IMG/VR virus record: IMGVR_UViG_3300038393_002510
Span: 1 to 62,811 of that record
Length of the DNA stretch: 62,811 nt
Reading direction: 5' to 3' (one strand)
Source: a virus
Lineage: Duplodnaviria > Caudoviricetes
Shown here in pieces: positions 26,024 through 34,515 of the stretch (position 1 is the stretch's first letter; every line of letters begins with the position of its first letter). A program made the translations under genes and the position numbers. The notes under the pieces were generated by a model. It was not told the DNA's origin and did no database searches. It saw only the letters and a list, made by a program, of their open reading frames with translations.

Positions 26024-26686
26024 GTGCGGACAATAGCTGTCATCAGTCAGAAAGGTGGCGTCGGGAAATCGACTGTCGCTGTGCATCTCGCGGTGGCCGG
26101 CGCGCAGGCGGGGTTCCGCACGGCGCTTGTCGACCTCGACCCGCAGGCAACGGCTAGGAAGTGGGGTGACAAGCGCGAGGCTGCCGAGCCGGAGGTGATT
26201 GGCGACCACGCCGAGCGGCTGCCGCAGCTCGCCGAGGCGGCGCGCGAGAACGGCGCAGACCTTCTCATCATCGACACGGCGCCGAACGCGGACCGCGCCT
26301 CGCTGGCAGCGGCTCGGACGGCCGATCTCATCCTGATCCCCTGCCGGCCGGCAGCCTTCGACCTTGAGGCAATCGAGGCAACCCGGGATCTCGCGACCAT
26401 CGCCAAAAAGCCGGCTTGGGTTGTGCTGTCGTCGGCGCCGGCCCGCAGCGCCATCGTGGAAGAGGCTCGGCGTGGGCTCGAGGCGCAGGGCGCCAAGGTC
26501 GCGCCGCAGGTGATCCATCAGCGCGTCGCCTACAGCTATGCGGTGATCGACGGACGGTCCGCCTCTGAGTATGAGCCAGAGGGCAAGGCCGCAGAGGAAG
26601 TCGCGGCCCTGTTCGCGTGGGCTAGTGGCGAAGTGGGCCTGCGGGCAGGCGGACAAGACGGCAAGAAGACGAGGGGGCAAGCATGA
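26024..26686 (+). CDS. parA: ParA (type Ib) partition ATPase
   Basis: KGGVGKST, DLDPQA, IIDTAP. Confidence 0.93.
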   Translation: MRTIAVISQKGGVGKSTVAVHLAVAGAQAGFRTALVDLDPQATARKWGDKREAAEPEVIGDHAERLPQLAEAARENGADLLIIDTAPNADRASLAAARTADLILIPCRPAAFDLEAIEATRDLATIAKKPAWVVLSSAPARSAIVEEARRGLEAQGAKVAPQVIHQRVAYSYAVIDGRSASEYEPEGKAAEEVAALFAWASGEVGLRAGGQDGKKTRGQA

Positions 26687-27036
26687 CGAAGCGGCCGAGC
26701 CTGTTCATGGCGAAGACGGCGCCAGAGGCGCCAGCGGCGCCCGACACCGAAACGGCAGCGTCACCGGAGCCGGCCGCGCCGCCCGCCCCTACCAAGCCGA
26801 AGGTGGTCGCGCCGCGTGCCCCCGCCGAGCCGAAGGCGGCCGATCCGGCAGTGCGGGCTGCTTACCCGAAGGCCTCGACCCGCGAGGGTAAGCGCGTGGT
26901 GACAGCCTACGTCTCGCCCGAGGCGTTCCGGCAGCTCAAGCGGATCGCGGCCGACGAGGATGCCCAGGTGCAGGATCTGCTGACCGAAGGGCTCAACGCC
27001 GTGTTCGCTGCGCGCGGCCTGTCACGGATCGCGTGA
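26683..27036 (+). CDS. ribbon-helix-helix centromere-binding partner (ParG-like)
   Basis: Flexible Pro/Ala-rich N-terminus, then TREGKRVVTAYVSPEAFRQLK...QDLLTEGLN. Confidence 0.85.
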   Translation: MTKRPSLFMAKTAPEAPAAPDTETAASPEPAAPPAPTKPKVVAPRAPAEPKAADPAVRAAYPKASTREGKRVVTAYVSPEAFRQLKRIAADEDAQVQDLLTEGLNAVFAARGLSRIA

Positions 27037-27059
27037 GGGCCGGTCCGCTTGCCCTCATG

Positions 27060-28080
27060 CGGCGCTGTCTGCTTGTGGGCAAGCACACGATCCCGCTGTG
27101 CGGCCCGCATGCGGTCCTGCCGTGCTGTCGGCCTGTGGGCAAGCGGCTCTGTCCGCATGCCATCCTGCCGCGCAGACTGCTTGCGGGCCGGTTGCGCTGC
27201 GGGATGGTGGCCTTGCCGTGATGCCCGCCTGTAGGCATGCCGTGATGTGGGCGTGCCGCTGACCTAACCTGCCGGCTTGTGGTCAAGCCGTGTCGCCCGC
27301 TTTTGGGCAAGCCGTGTCGCCCACCTGTGGGTGAACACACAATCCTGCTCGTCGATCTGCCCCACGTCCGGCTTGTGGGCAGGCCGGCAATCCCGCTCGC
27401 CTTCCTGCCGCGCTGCATGCCCGTGGGCGAGCAGGCAATCCTGCCGCGCTGTCTGCTTGCCGCCGTGCCCCGCTGTGTGCTTGCGGCTTTGCGGCGCTGT
27501 GTGCTTGTGGGCAGGACGTGATGAGGGCGAGTGGTCAGGCCGTGTCGCCGGCTTGCGGGCGAACACACAACCCTTCACCTCAATCTGGCGTCAAGTCCGC
27601 CTGTAGGCAGGTGGGCAATCCGGCTGGCCCTCAAACGGCCGTGCCCGGCTGTGGGCAGGCGGACATTCCTGCTCGCATCTGTTGCCGTCGTGCCGTGCTG
27701 TCTGCGTGTGGGCAGGACGGCAGGCCGGCTCGCGAGTGTTGCCGTCCTGCGGCGCTGACTGCCTGTGGGCAAGCACACGATCCTGCTCGCCGTCTTCGTG
27801 TGGTGCGGGCTTGTGGGCAAGGCTACACGCCTGCTGTCCGGTCCTGTCGCCTTGTCGGCTTGTGGGCAAGCGGACAGGCCTGCTCAGCGGCCTTGCCGTC
27901 CTGCGGCGCTGTCCACTTGTGGGCAGGCCTGAGATCCTGCTTTCCCACTTCGTCGCCCTGCGGCGTAGCCCGCGTGTGGGCAGGAACACAATCCGGCTCG
28001 CCGTCAGGACGCGGAGCCCAATTGCGGGCGAGCGCACAGTCCGGCTTGCCGTCCTGGCGTGCTGCCGGCTTGTGGGCACG
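27060..28080 (+). repeat. ~1-kb parS-like array of degenerate TGTGGGC direct repeats
   Basis: About 20 copies, mostly 48 or 57 bp apart (e.g. 27554, 27602, 27650, 27707, 27764, 27812, 27861, 27918, 27975, 28023, 28071). Confidence 0.85.
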
Positions 28081-28083
28081 CCC

Positions 28084-28848
28084 TCAGTTCGCGGGGTCGA
28101 ACAGCCGATCCATGCGCTCGGCGACAATGCGCATCAGATCGCGGTAGCGGGCCTGGCAGTGCGCGGGTGTCAGCTCGAAGGCTGGCGTCTTGCCGGCCTC
28201 GAGGTCCTGGTGCTCACGCACGATCCGGGCGAGGGCGCCGATGACGCCGAGTTCACCCTCGTCGCACCAGGTGCGCGGCCCGGACAGATACTCGAAACGG
28301 CCCTCGTCCATGAAGGCCGGCCAGTCGGTCTGCCGGGAGGAGGTGAAGGCCCGGGTCCAGACCTCGCCGCCGTAGAGCGGCTCGTAGCTGACGAGCCAGG
28401 CGTCCGGGTCCTCGGTGTGCCGGGAGACGAGCACCACCCGGTAGACGGCGCCCTTCTTGTGGCGCCAGATCGAGCCGCGACCGGGCAGGTCAGCAGGCTT
28501 GGGCGAGAGCCCGGATGCGGTCAGCCCCGGATGGTGAGCCCGACCATTGTTCCCGCGTCGGGCATGCTCGCCGCCGTCTATCACCGGCGGCAGCCCGAGC
28601 TCCCGGGCGAGGGAGACCAGATCCTTCAGGCGGCCAGTCTTGGTCTTGCGGCGCAGGTTGAAACGGTGGGTCTCGACCGTGCGCACGCTGAGCGCGAGAC
28701 GCCGGGCGACCTCCTTGTTGCTGAACCCGGAGCTGAGGAAGCGCAGCACCTCGGCCTCGCGCGGCGTGATCCTGGTCTCACCGTCGATCGTATCCTCGAC
28801 GGTGATGCGGTTGTCTGGGGGCGTGATGAGGGCGTGGCCGGATGCCAT
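28084..28848 (-). CDS. LuxR-type HTH fused to a DUF1653-like domain
   Basis: TPREAEVL...GFSNKEVA..L.LSVRTVETHR and WRHKKGAVYRV...HTED...VSYEPLYG..VWTR. Confidence 0.8.
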   Translation of the reverse strand: MASGHALITPPDNRITVEDTIDGETRITPREAEVLRFLSSGFSNKEVARRLALSVRTVETHRFNLRRKTKTGRLKDLVSLARELGLPPVIDGGEHARRGNNGRAHHPGLTASGLSPKPADLPGRGSIWRHKKGAVYRVVLVSRHTEDPDAWLVSYEPLYGGEVWTRAFTSSRQTDWPAFMDEGRFEYLSGPRTWCDEGELGVIGALARIVREHQDLEAGKTPAFELTPAHCQARYRDLMRIVAERMDRLFDPAN

Positions 28849-28859
28849 GTGCGAAACTC

Positions 28860-29075
28860 CTATGCTCGGTTGCGATCAGTGGTCGGGAGCTTCGGCAGTG
28901 GGCCACCCGTCCGGATGGCCTCGCCGAGCAGGCTCATGTCGGCCGTGAACCGCTCCAGGGAGCGGCGGTGGTTCTCACGCTGCTCGGGCGTCAGCTCCTC
29001 GTAGGGCGGGAGCTTCGCGTCCGGGTAGGAGGCGCGGATGCCCTCGTAATCGGCTCGCAGGTGCGGGTCGGTCAT
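28860..29075 (-). CDS. hypothetical protein
   Basis: Start MTDPHLR; AGGA RBS. Confidence 0.6.
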   Translation of the reverse strand: MTDPHLRADYEGIRASYPDAKLPPYEELTPEQRENHRRSLERFTADMSLLGEAIRTGGPLPKLPTTDRNRA

Positions 29076-29101
29076 GTGCGAAAATCCTATGCTCGGATTG
29101 G

Positions 29102-29416
29102 CTAGTGGGCGCTCTCGCGCAGCGGGGTGGCGCAGAAGAAGTCCCGGAGGACCTTCAGCTCGTTGAGGTCCTCGACGGCGTTCCAGTGCTCGTGGCCGCG
29201 CTTGCCGTGCCGGCGCCCGAAGGTGCGCTTGACCTTCTCCTCGGCGGCCGGGATCAGGTCGGTGTCGAGGTAGGCGAGGCAGCGCGTGCGGTGCGCCTCG
29301 TCCGCCGGCCGGCCGTCGCCGACCGGGAAGCCGTAGAAGCAGGCGCCCGGATCGCCGGAGCTGATGTAGCTGCCCCACTGAGAGGCGATGGAGTAGGCGG
29401 CCGACGGCGCCAGCAT
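29102..29416 (-). CDS. hypothetical protein
   Basis: Start MLAPSAAY; GGGAG RBS. Confidence 0.65.
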   Translation of the reverse strand: MLAPSAAYSIASQWGSYISSGDPGACFYGFPVGDGRPADEAHRTRCLAYLDTDLIPAAEEKVKRTFGRRHGKRGHEHWNAVEDLNELKVLRDFFCATPLRESAH

Positions 29417-29486
29417 GGTTGGATGCTCCCTTCTCGAATGACAGTTGCGAGGGTGGGCGAGGGCGCTTGACCCTCGCCCGTGCCGA

Positions 29487-30326
29487 TCAGGCGGCGAGCT
29501 TCGGATCCTCGCCGGCCAGGGTCTCCTCGACCGCTGCCGGGGCGTCGAACCCGCGCAGCGCCTCGACGAGCAGGCTGTCGGGGTTGAGGGTGAGCTGATT
29601 GCCCGACCGGCTCGCGATCTTGAGCGCGGGGAACAGCGCCATGATCTGACCGACCTGGCTGCGCGCCGTGCCCTCGGAGTAGGTCTTCGAGCCGTTCTTG
29701 AGGCTCGTGCCCTTGAGGGCGGCAACCAGGTCGAGCGAGGTGATCTGCCCGCCCTTGGCCTCCAGCGCCCGGAAGCAGTCCATGATGTAGGTGGACGGCG
29801 CCTTGCCCTGGTGGATCGAGACCAGCAGGTTCTCGAACTTCTCCTGGACCTTCTTCTGCGCCGGGCAGGCGCGGATCACCGCGGCCTTGTTCGCCTCCAG
29901 GTCGTCCGGGATCTCGGCGGTGAGCACGAAGGCGTCGGCCGGCAGGCTGTCGATGCTGATCCGGGCGGCGCGCGGCTTGCTCGCCTTGGGTGCGCGGGCG
30001 GCCTTCGCGGGCGCGGCCGGCTCGGGCTGGGCGTCGAGGTCGGTCTCGTCGGCCTCCTGGGAGGCGTAGAGCTCCTCGCGGGCCTCCTGGAGCTCCATCT
30101 CCGCTTCGATGGCGTCAGCGGTCTCGTCGTCGAGCACGGTGTCCTCCGCGGCCGCGAGCTCCACCGGCGTCTCCTCGGTCTCGGGCTCCTCGATCACGTC
30201 GGCCGGCAGCTCCTCGCTGACCGCTTGGACCGTGACGACCTCGTCATCCGGGATGTCGAGATCGCCGAGCAGAGCGTCCAGCTCCAGATCTTCGGCAACA
30301 TTCATGGTGGCGTTCGCGTCGGTCAT
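29487..30326 (-). CDS. acidic N-terminus plus wHTH-like C-terminus protein
   Basis: Very acidic first ~110 aa; YSEGTARSQ...LTL C-terminus. Confidence 0.8.
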   Translation of the reverse strand: MTDANATMNVAEDLELDALLGDLDIPDDEVVTVQAVSEELPADVIEEPETEETPVELAAAEDTVLDDETADAIEAEMELQEAREELYASQEADETDLDAQPEPAAPAKAARAPKASKPRAARISIDSLPADAFVLTAEIPDDLEANKAAVIRACPAQKKVQEKFENLLVSIHQGKAPSTYIMDCFRALEAKGGQITSLDLVAALKGTSLKNGSKTYSEGTARSQVGQIMALFPALKIASRSGNQLTLNPDSLLVEALRGFDAPAAVEETLAGEDPKLAA

Positions 30327-30533
30327 CTGTGGTTCTCCGTGCTATGTGTTGCTGTCGTTGCTCTCTTGCTTTCGACAGCTTAGTTATAGCTGTGAGAACT
30401 CGGCGATGCGGCTGGAACGACTAGGAACGTAGTGGGAGCTTGCATGCTCGCCAGAAAGCCTGCATGCCTCACGTCGGGCATGCAGGCTCGCGGTAAGGTC
30501 CGCAGGCGGGATTGTTTGCCTGCCCACAAGCGG

Positions 30534-30794
30534 TCAATGGACGCCGGTCGGGAACCAACGCTGCTGCCGGCCCTCGCGGACGAAGTGGATCTGGCCGTTG
30601 GCCCGGAGCTTCTGGATCAGCCGGTCGGCGAGCCGGTGCGGGACGTTGCGGTCCGGATCGGTGATGCCCTCGACCAGGAGCAGCGAGGTCGCCTTGACCT
30701 CGATGGCGCCGGCCGTGGGGCCGGAGCCGTTGACGATGTAGGCCGTCAGCGCCTTCACGACGCTCTCGGGGATCTCGGTGCCCTGGACGATCAT
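30534..30794 (-). CDS. small wHTH-like protein
   Basis: RLADRLIQKLR..G.I. Confidence 0.65.
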   Translation of the reverse strand: MIVQGTEIPESVVKALTAYIVNGSGPTAGAIEVKATSLLLVEGITDPDRNVPHRLADRLIQKLRANGQIHFVREGRQQRWFPTGVH

Positions 30795-30831
30795 GCTCGG
30801 ATGTTCCCTTGAAGATGGACGAATGCGCGGC

Positions 30832-31020
30832 TCAGCGGCCGGCGGCTTCGACAGCGCTGACGAGGAGGCTGACCACGAGCTCCTGAGCGCAGGCCTCGGC
30901 GAACATCATCGCGAGGCAGATGCACACGAAGCAGCCGAGCAGCTCACAGGCACGCGCGGCCTTGATCGCGGCGAACAGGCAGGCCCAGCCGAGGAAGCCC
31001 CAGAACAGGCCGAGGATCAC
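30832..31020 (-). CDS. small hydrophobic protein
   Basis: Two hydrophobic segments; coupled start. Confidence 0.5.
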   Translation of the reverse strand: MILGLFWGFLGWACLFAAIKAARACELLGCFVCICLAMMFAEACAQELVVSLLVSAVEAAGR

Positions 31021-31171
31021 AGCGTCACCCCGAGGGCCAGGAGGACGCCGGCGGTCAGGAAGAGGGCGCCGACGACCGCGTTGATGATGGCCGTCACGCG
31101 GGTGCCGTCGCGCCAGTCGAAGATCCCGGTGACGCCGAACAGCACGGCGAGGATGAGACAGGCGAGCCAGG

Positions 31172-31504
31172 TCACGCGACCACCCGGAGGTAGGAGGGGA
31201 GGGCGCGCTTCGCCTTCGAGGGCGGGGCGCAGCGGACCATGCCGGGCGGCACCTGCCCGGCCATGCGGTTCTCGGGGCAGAACGGGTGAGGGGAGGCGGC
31301 CGTGGGGAACGCCGTGAAGACCGGCGTCATGTCACGCGACAGCTTCGTCATGCCGATCCGCACCAAGCCCCACTGCCGGCGCGCGCCCATCAGGGCGTAG
31401 TGGACGGCCGTCGGGTCGTCGTTGTGCATGGCGGCGATCGAGGGCTTGGGCTCCTCGCGGGCCTCGAACTCCGCGAGCGTCTGATTGTCGTTGACCCCGA
31501 TCAT
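31172..31504 (-). CDS. hypothetical protein
   Basis: Normal codon usage. Confidence 0.6.
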   Translation of the reverse strand: MIGVNDNQTLAEFEAREEPKPSIAAMHNDDPTAVHYALMGARRQWGLVRIGMTKLSRDMTPVFTAFPTAASPHPFCPENRMAGQVPPGMVRCAPPSKAKRALPSYLRVVA

Positions 31505-31509
31505 TACTG

Positions 31510-31797
31510 TTAACTCACCACTGACTTACTGCGGGAGACAGACTTCGGGCGTAGTAGGCCCAGAACTCCGAACACGATGAGGTGGACACGGACCAGGACG
31601 AACAGGCCGAGGCCGATCACGAGGTAGGCGAGGGCGATGCCGATCGTCAGCAACGGCCAGCCGATGAGGCTGAGGAGCGACCCGGGCGCCCGGAACACGC
31701 CGCGCTCGAACGCGAGGAAGAGCGAATTGGCGTAGCTGGGGTTCCGACCTGCTTCGACGTCCAAGAGGTCGTTGAGAGGGTTGGGTTTAGGCAGCAA
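31510..31797 (-). CDS. membrane protein
   Basis: Long hydrophobic stretch; AGGAG RBS. Confidence 0.55.
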   Translation of the reverse strand: MLPKPNPLNDLLDVEAGRNPSYANSLFLAFERGVFRAPGSLLSLIGWPLLTIGIALAYLVIGLGLFVLVRVHLIVFGVLGLLRPKSVSRSKSVVS

Positions 31798-32368
31798 GAG
31801 CGATCTCCTGGTTGGGGAAGAGGATGGCCTGATCGAAGTCGCGAAAGGCGCGCCAACGCCGGGCGTTGAAGAAGGCCCGCATCATCACGTCCACGTCATA
31901 CTCAGCGCGGTGCGCCTGGCTCGGGTCGTAGGGGATGTCGAGCGCCGCGCAGAAGCCGCCGAGGTTCGGCACCGCGCCGTTGGGCGTTGCGAACCGACCG
32001 TGCAGCATGGTGTCGAGGATCGGCCTCGTCAGCGCCGGCAGCCGCACGCGGGCCAGCTCGTAGTTCATGAACGGCACGTCGAAGCCCTCGCCGTTGTGGG
32101 CGACGGTCAGCGCCGCGGCCTCGAGGCGCTTGTGGACTTCCGGTGCGACCTCGGGCCAGGTCGGGCAGCCGACGATGTCGTTGGGGCCGATGCCGTGGAT
32201 GCGCTGCACGTCGGCCGGGATCGAGCGCTGCGGGTCGATCTTGGTCACGTAGGTGTCGACCAGCGTCTCGGTGTCGAGGTCGTAGGTGAGGATCGCGACT
32301 TCGACGAAGCGGTGATCCCCGGGCTGCAAGCCCGTCGTCTCGGTGTCCCAACCGGCTACCAGCGTCAT
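31787..32368 (-). CDS. DEDDh 3'-5' exonuclease (DnaQ/epsilon-like)
   Basis: WDTETTGL, IHGI, AHNG..FD, HRAEYD. Confidence 0.92.
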   Translation of the reverse strand: MTLVAGWDTETTGLQPGDHRFVEVAILTYDLDTETLVDTYVTKIDPQRSIPADVQRIHGIGPNDIVGCPTWPEVAPEVHKRLEAAALTVAHNGEGFDVPFMNYELARVRLPALTRPILDTMLHGRFATPNGAVPNLGGFCAALDIPYDPSQAHRAEYDVDVMMRAFFNARRWRAFRDFDQAILFPNQEIALAA

Positions 32369-32736
32369 TGCGGGGCGTGCTCCTTCAGCTCTTGGCGCGC
32401 CCGGTAGATCAGGGCGCTGATGTCGGGGTCCACGAGGCCCTGGGTCGTGTCGAACAAGGCGTCGATCACGAGCCACAGCTCCCGGTCAGTTATGATGTTG
32501 GCGTCGCGCTTGGCGTTCGCCTCCTGGATGGCCTGGAGCGCCTTCCGGGTGATCTCTTCCTTCATGGTCGCCCATTCGCTTACGGGCGCCGCCGAACTTT
32601 TGGGCTTGGGCGGCTGCTCGAATTTCCGGGCCATCACGCGCAGCAGCGCCGCGGCTCTGGCCCCGCGGGGATAGGCGTCGAGCGCGTGCGCGCCGGCCCG
32701 GGCCGCCCTCGCGTAGTTCTGTCGGTTGGTCCGCAA
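32365..32736 (-). CDS. hypothetical protein (start uncertain)
   Basis: Follows the promoter at 32769-32791. Confidence 0.55.
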   Translation of the reverse strand: MRTNRQNYARAARAGAHALDAYPRGARAAALLRVMARKFEQPPKPKSSAAPVSEWATMKEEITRKALQAIQEANAKRDANIITDRELWLVIDALFDTTQGLVDPDISALIYRARQELKEHAPQ

Positions 32737-32817
32737 GCTGTGTGCTCTCTCGCGTTGAGTCGCGTCACTTATAGCGACGCGACTGCGGGTTGTCTAAGTC
32801 AGCGCTGACTTACCGTG

Positions 32818-34515
32818 TCAGCCCTTGAGATTGCCCAGGGCGATGTGGCGCGCGAGGCTCTTGCGGCACATGCCCAGCGCCTTGTCGATCTGCCGGAGCG
32901 TGGCGCCCGCGCTGAGCATCTCCTGCGCCTTGTCGAGCTTGGCGCGATACTCGGGCGTGATCGTCTGGACCGGAGCCTCGGCGCGGCGCCCTTCCTTGAT
33001 CCGCGGGGCCGTCTTGACGTTCTGCGCCTGGGCGCTCGCCGACGGCTGCATCGGGACAGGGGAGGGCGGCGCCGGGCTCTGGGCGGGGATGTCCTCGGCC
33101 TTGGTGACGATCGCCTTGACCAGGGTGTTGTTGACCCCGAGCGAGCCGAACTGGACCGACTTCACCCGCACGCGGCTGGCGCGGCCGTCGTTCGAGACCC
33201 GCTCCACCGAATAGTCGCCGTCGGGGAGCTTGCTCGAACCCACGATCCGCACGATGTCGCCGGGCTTGGCGAGCTGCCAGGGCTCGGTGCCGGTCGGCTC
33301 GGTCTGCTGCGGGGCAGGGGAGGGGGCTGCCGTCACCGTCAGGCGATCAATCGAAACCCAGGCGCCGCTCACCAGCGCGGTGCCGCCGTCGACCGCAGCG
33401 ACCGGGACCGCCTTGCCCATGCCGTCGATCTTCACGAGCGCGTCCTTCACCAGGCCCGGCGCCACCTGCGGCTCATTCCCGGCCTGCACGTCGGTGACGG
33501 CCTGCTTGGCGTTGCGGATCGCCTTCTTGATCGTCTTCGGGTCGACCGCCTTGGGCTTCGACTTGATGACGCGCGCCTTGTTGCGCGGGGCCGTCACCTC
33601 GACCTTCTCCAGCACCTTGACCGTGTGCTCGCCCTGCCTGCCGACGAGGACCTCTTCGATCACGCCGATGTGCTGGCCGGCGATGACCTCGGCGACGACG
33701 CCCTTGGCGCCCTTCGCGGTGAGCGCCGAGCGCTTGGCCGAGACCGCCTCGTGCGAGCCCTGATCGAGCGCTGCCACGATGTGATAGGCGAGCACGCGCA
33801 TCTTGGACGACTCGTGGTGCGGGACCGCAACGACGTCCTCGGGCCGGACCTTCACGAGCAGGATGCGGTTGCCATACTGGCCGTAGGAGGCCGCGCAGAC
33901 GTGCAGGCCGGTGCCGCAGCTATCGCGGGTGTCGAGGTAGTCCTTCTTGTCCATGTAGACGCGCGAGCCGATCCGCTGGCGCACCTTCTTGGTGTGGTGA
34001 TCGACGTAGTAGCCCTCGTCGCTCGCGGCATCGAGGAACTTGTAGAGGACGAGACAGCCGTCGTCGGCGAGCGGCAGATCGACCTTCTCCATGAAGCGCA
34101 GCACCTCCTGGGCGGTGTCCTTGTGCTGCACCTTGGCGAAGCGCTCCAGGAACGCCGCGAGGCCGGGCGAGCCCTCGTAGGCCGCGCGCTCGATGTGCTC
34201 GGTGAGGGTCTGGGCGTTCTCCAGCTTGTCGCCGGCGGCCGTGGTCAGCGCGATCTTGGACACGCCGTCCTCGACCTTCTCCTCGACCTTCATGGCGCCG
34301 CCGGTCGCCTCCTGAATGATCTTCGCGAGGCTGAACTCCTCGAGGTCCACCTCGATGGGCTCGCCACCCGCGCTCGCCAGCGGCAGCAGCACCGCCTTGA
34401 GCAGATCGCCGGTGCGCCAGGAGTCCTGGCCGTAGACCGCGCTCTGCCCGGTCGGGAAGAAGAGGGTGATGCCGTTCTTCGACGCGATGGCGCCGGATAC
34501 CTTCGTGAGTGCCAT
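32818..34515 (-). CDS. rIIB: rIIB-like protein with C-terminal HTH
   Basis: LPLADDGCLVLYK, SCGTGLHV, LVKVRPEDVVAVP, KMRV..Y; directly follows rIIA. Confidence 0.85.
   Translation of the reverse strand: MALTKVSGAIASKNGITLFFPTGQSAVYGQDSWRTGDLLKAVLLPLASAGGEPIEVDLEEFSLAKIIQEATGGAMKVEEKVEDGVSKIALTTAAGDKLENAQTLTEHIERAAYEGSPGLAAFLERFAKVQHKDTAQEVLRFMEKVDLPLADDGCLVLYKFLDAASDEGYYVDHHTKKVRQRIGSRVYMDKKDYLDTRDSCGTGLHVCAASYGQYGNRILLVKVRPEDVVAVPHHESSKMRVLAYHIVAALDQGSHEAVSAKRSALTAKGAKGVVAEVIAGQHIGVIEEVLVGRQGEHTVKVLEKVEVTAPRNKARVIKSKPKAVDPKTIKKAIRNAKQAVTDVQAGNEPQVAPGLVKDALVKIDGMGKAVPVAAVDGGTALVSGAWVSIDRLTVTAAPSPAPQQTEPTGTEPWQLAKPGDIVRIVGSSKLPDGDYSVERVSNDGRASRVRVKSVQFGSLGVNNTLVKAIVTKAEDIPAQSPAPPSPVPMQPSASAQAQNVKTAPRIKEGRRAEAPVQTITPEYRAKLDKAQEMLSAGATLRQIDKALGMCRKSLARHIALGNLKG

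Noticed and set aside
27060-28080. CRISPR array
   Set aside because: The repeat core is only ~7-12 bp and degenerate, the spacers resemble each other, no cas genes are present, and the position next to parA-RHH fits a centromere
26993-29004. Multiple Cys/Arg-rich ORFs over the repeat array
   Set aside because: They are translations of the repeats with no protein-like composition
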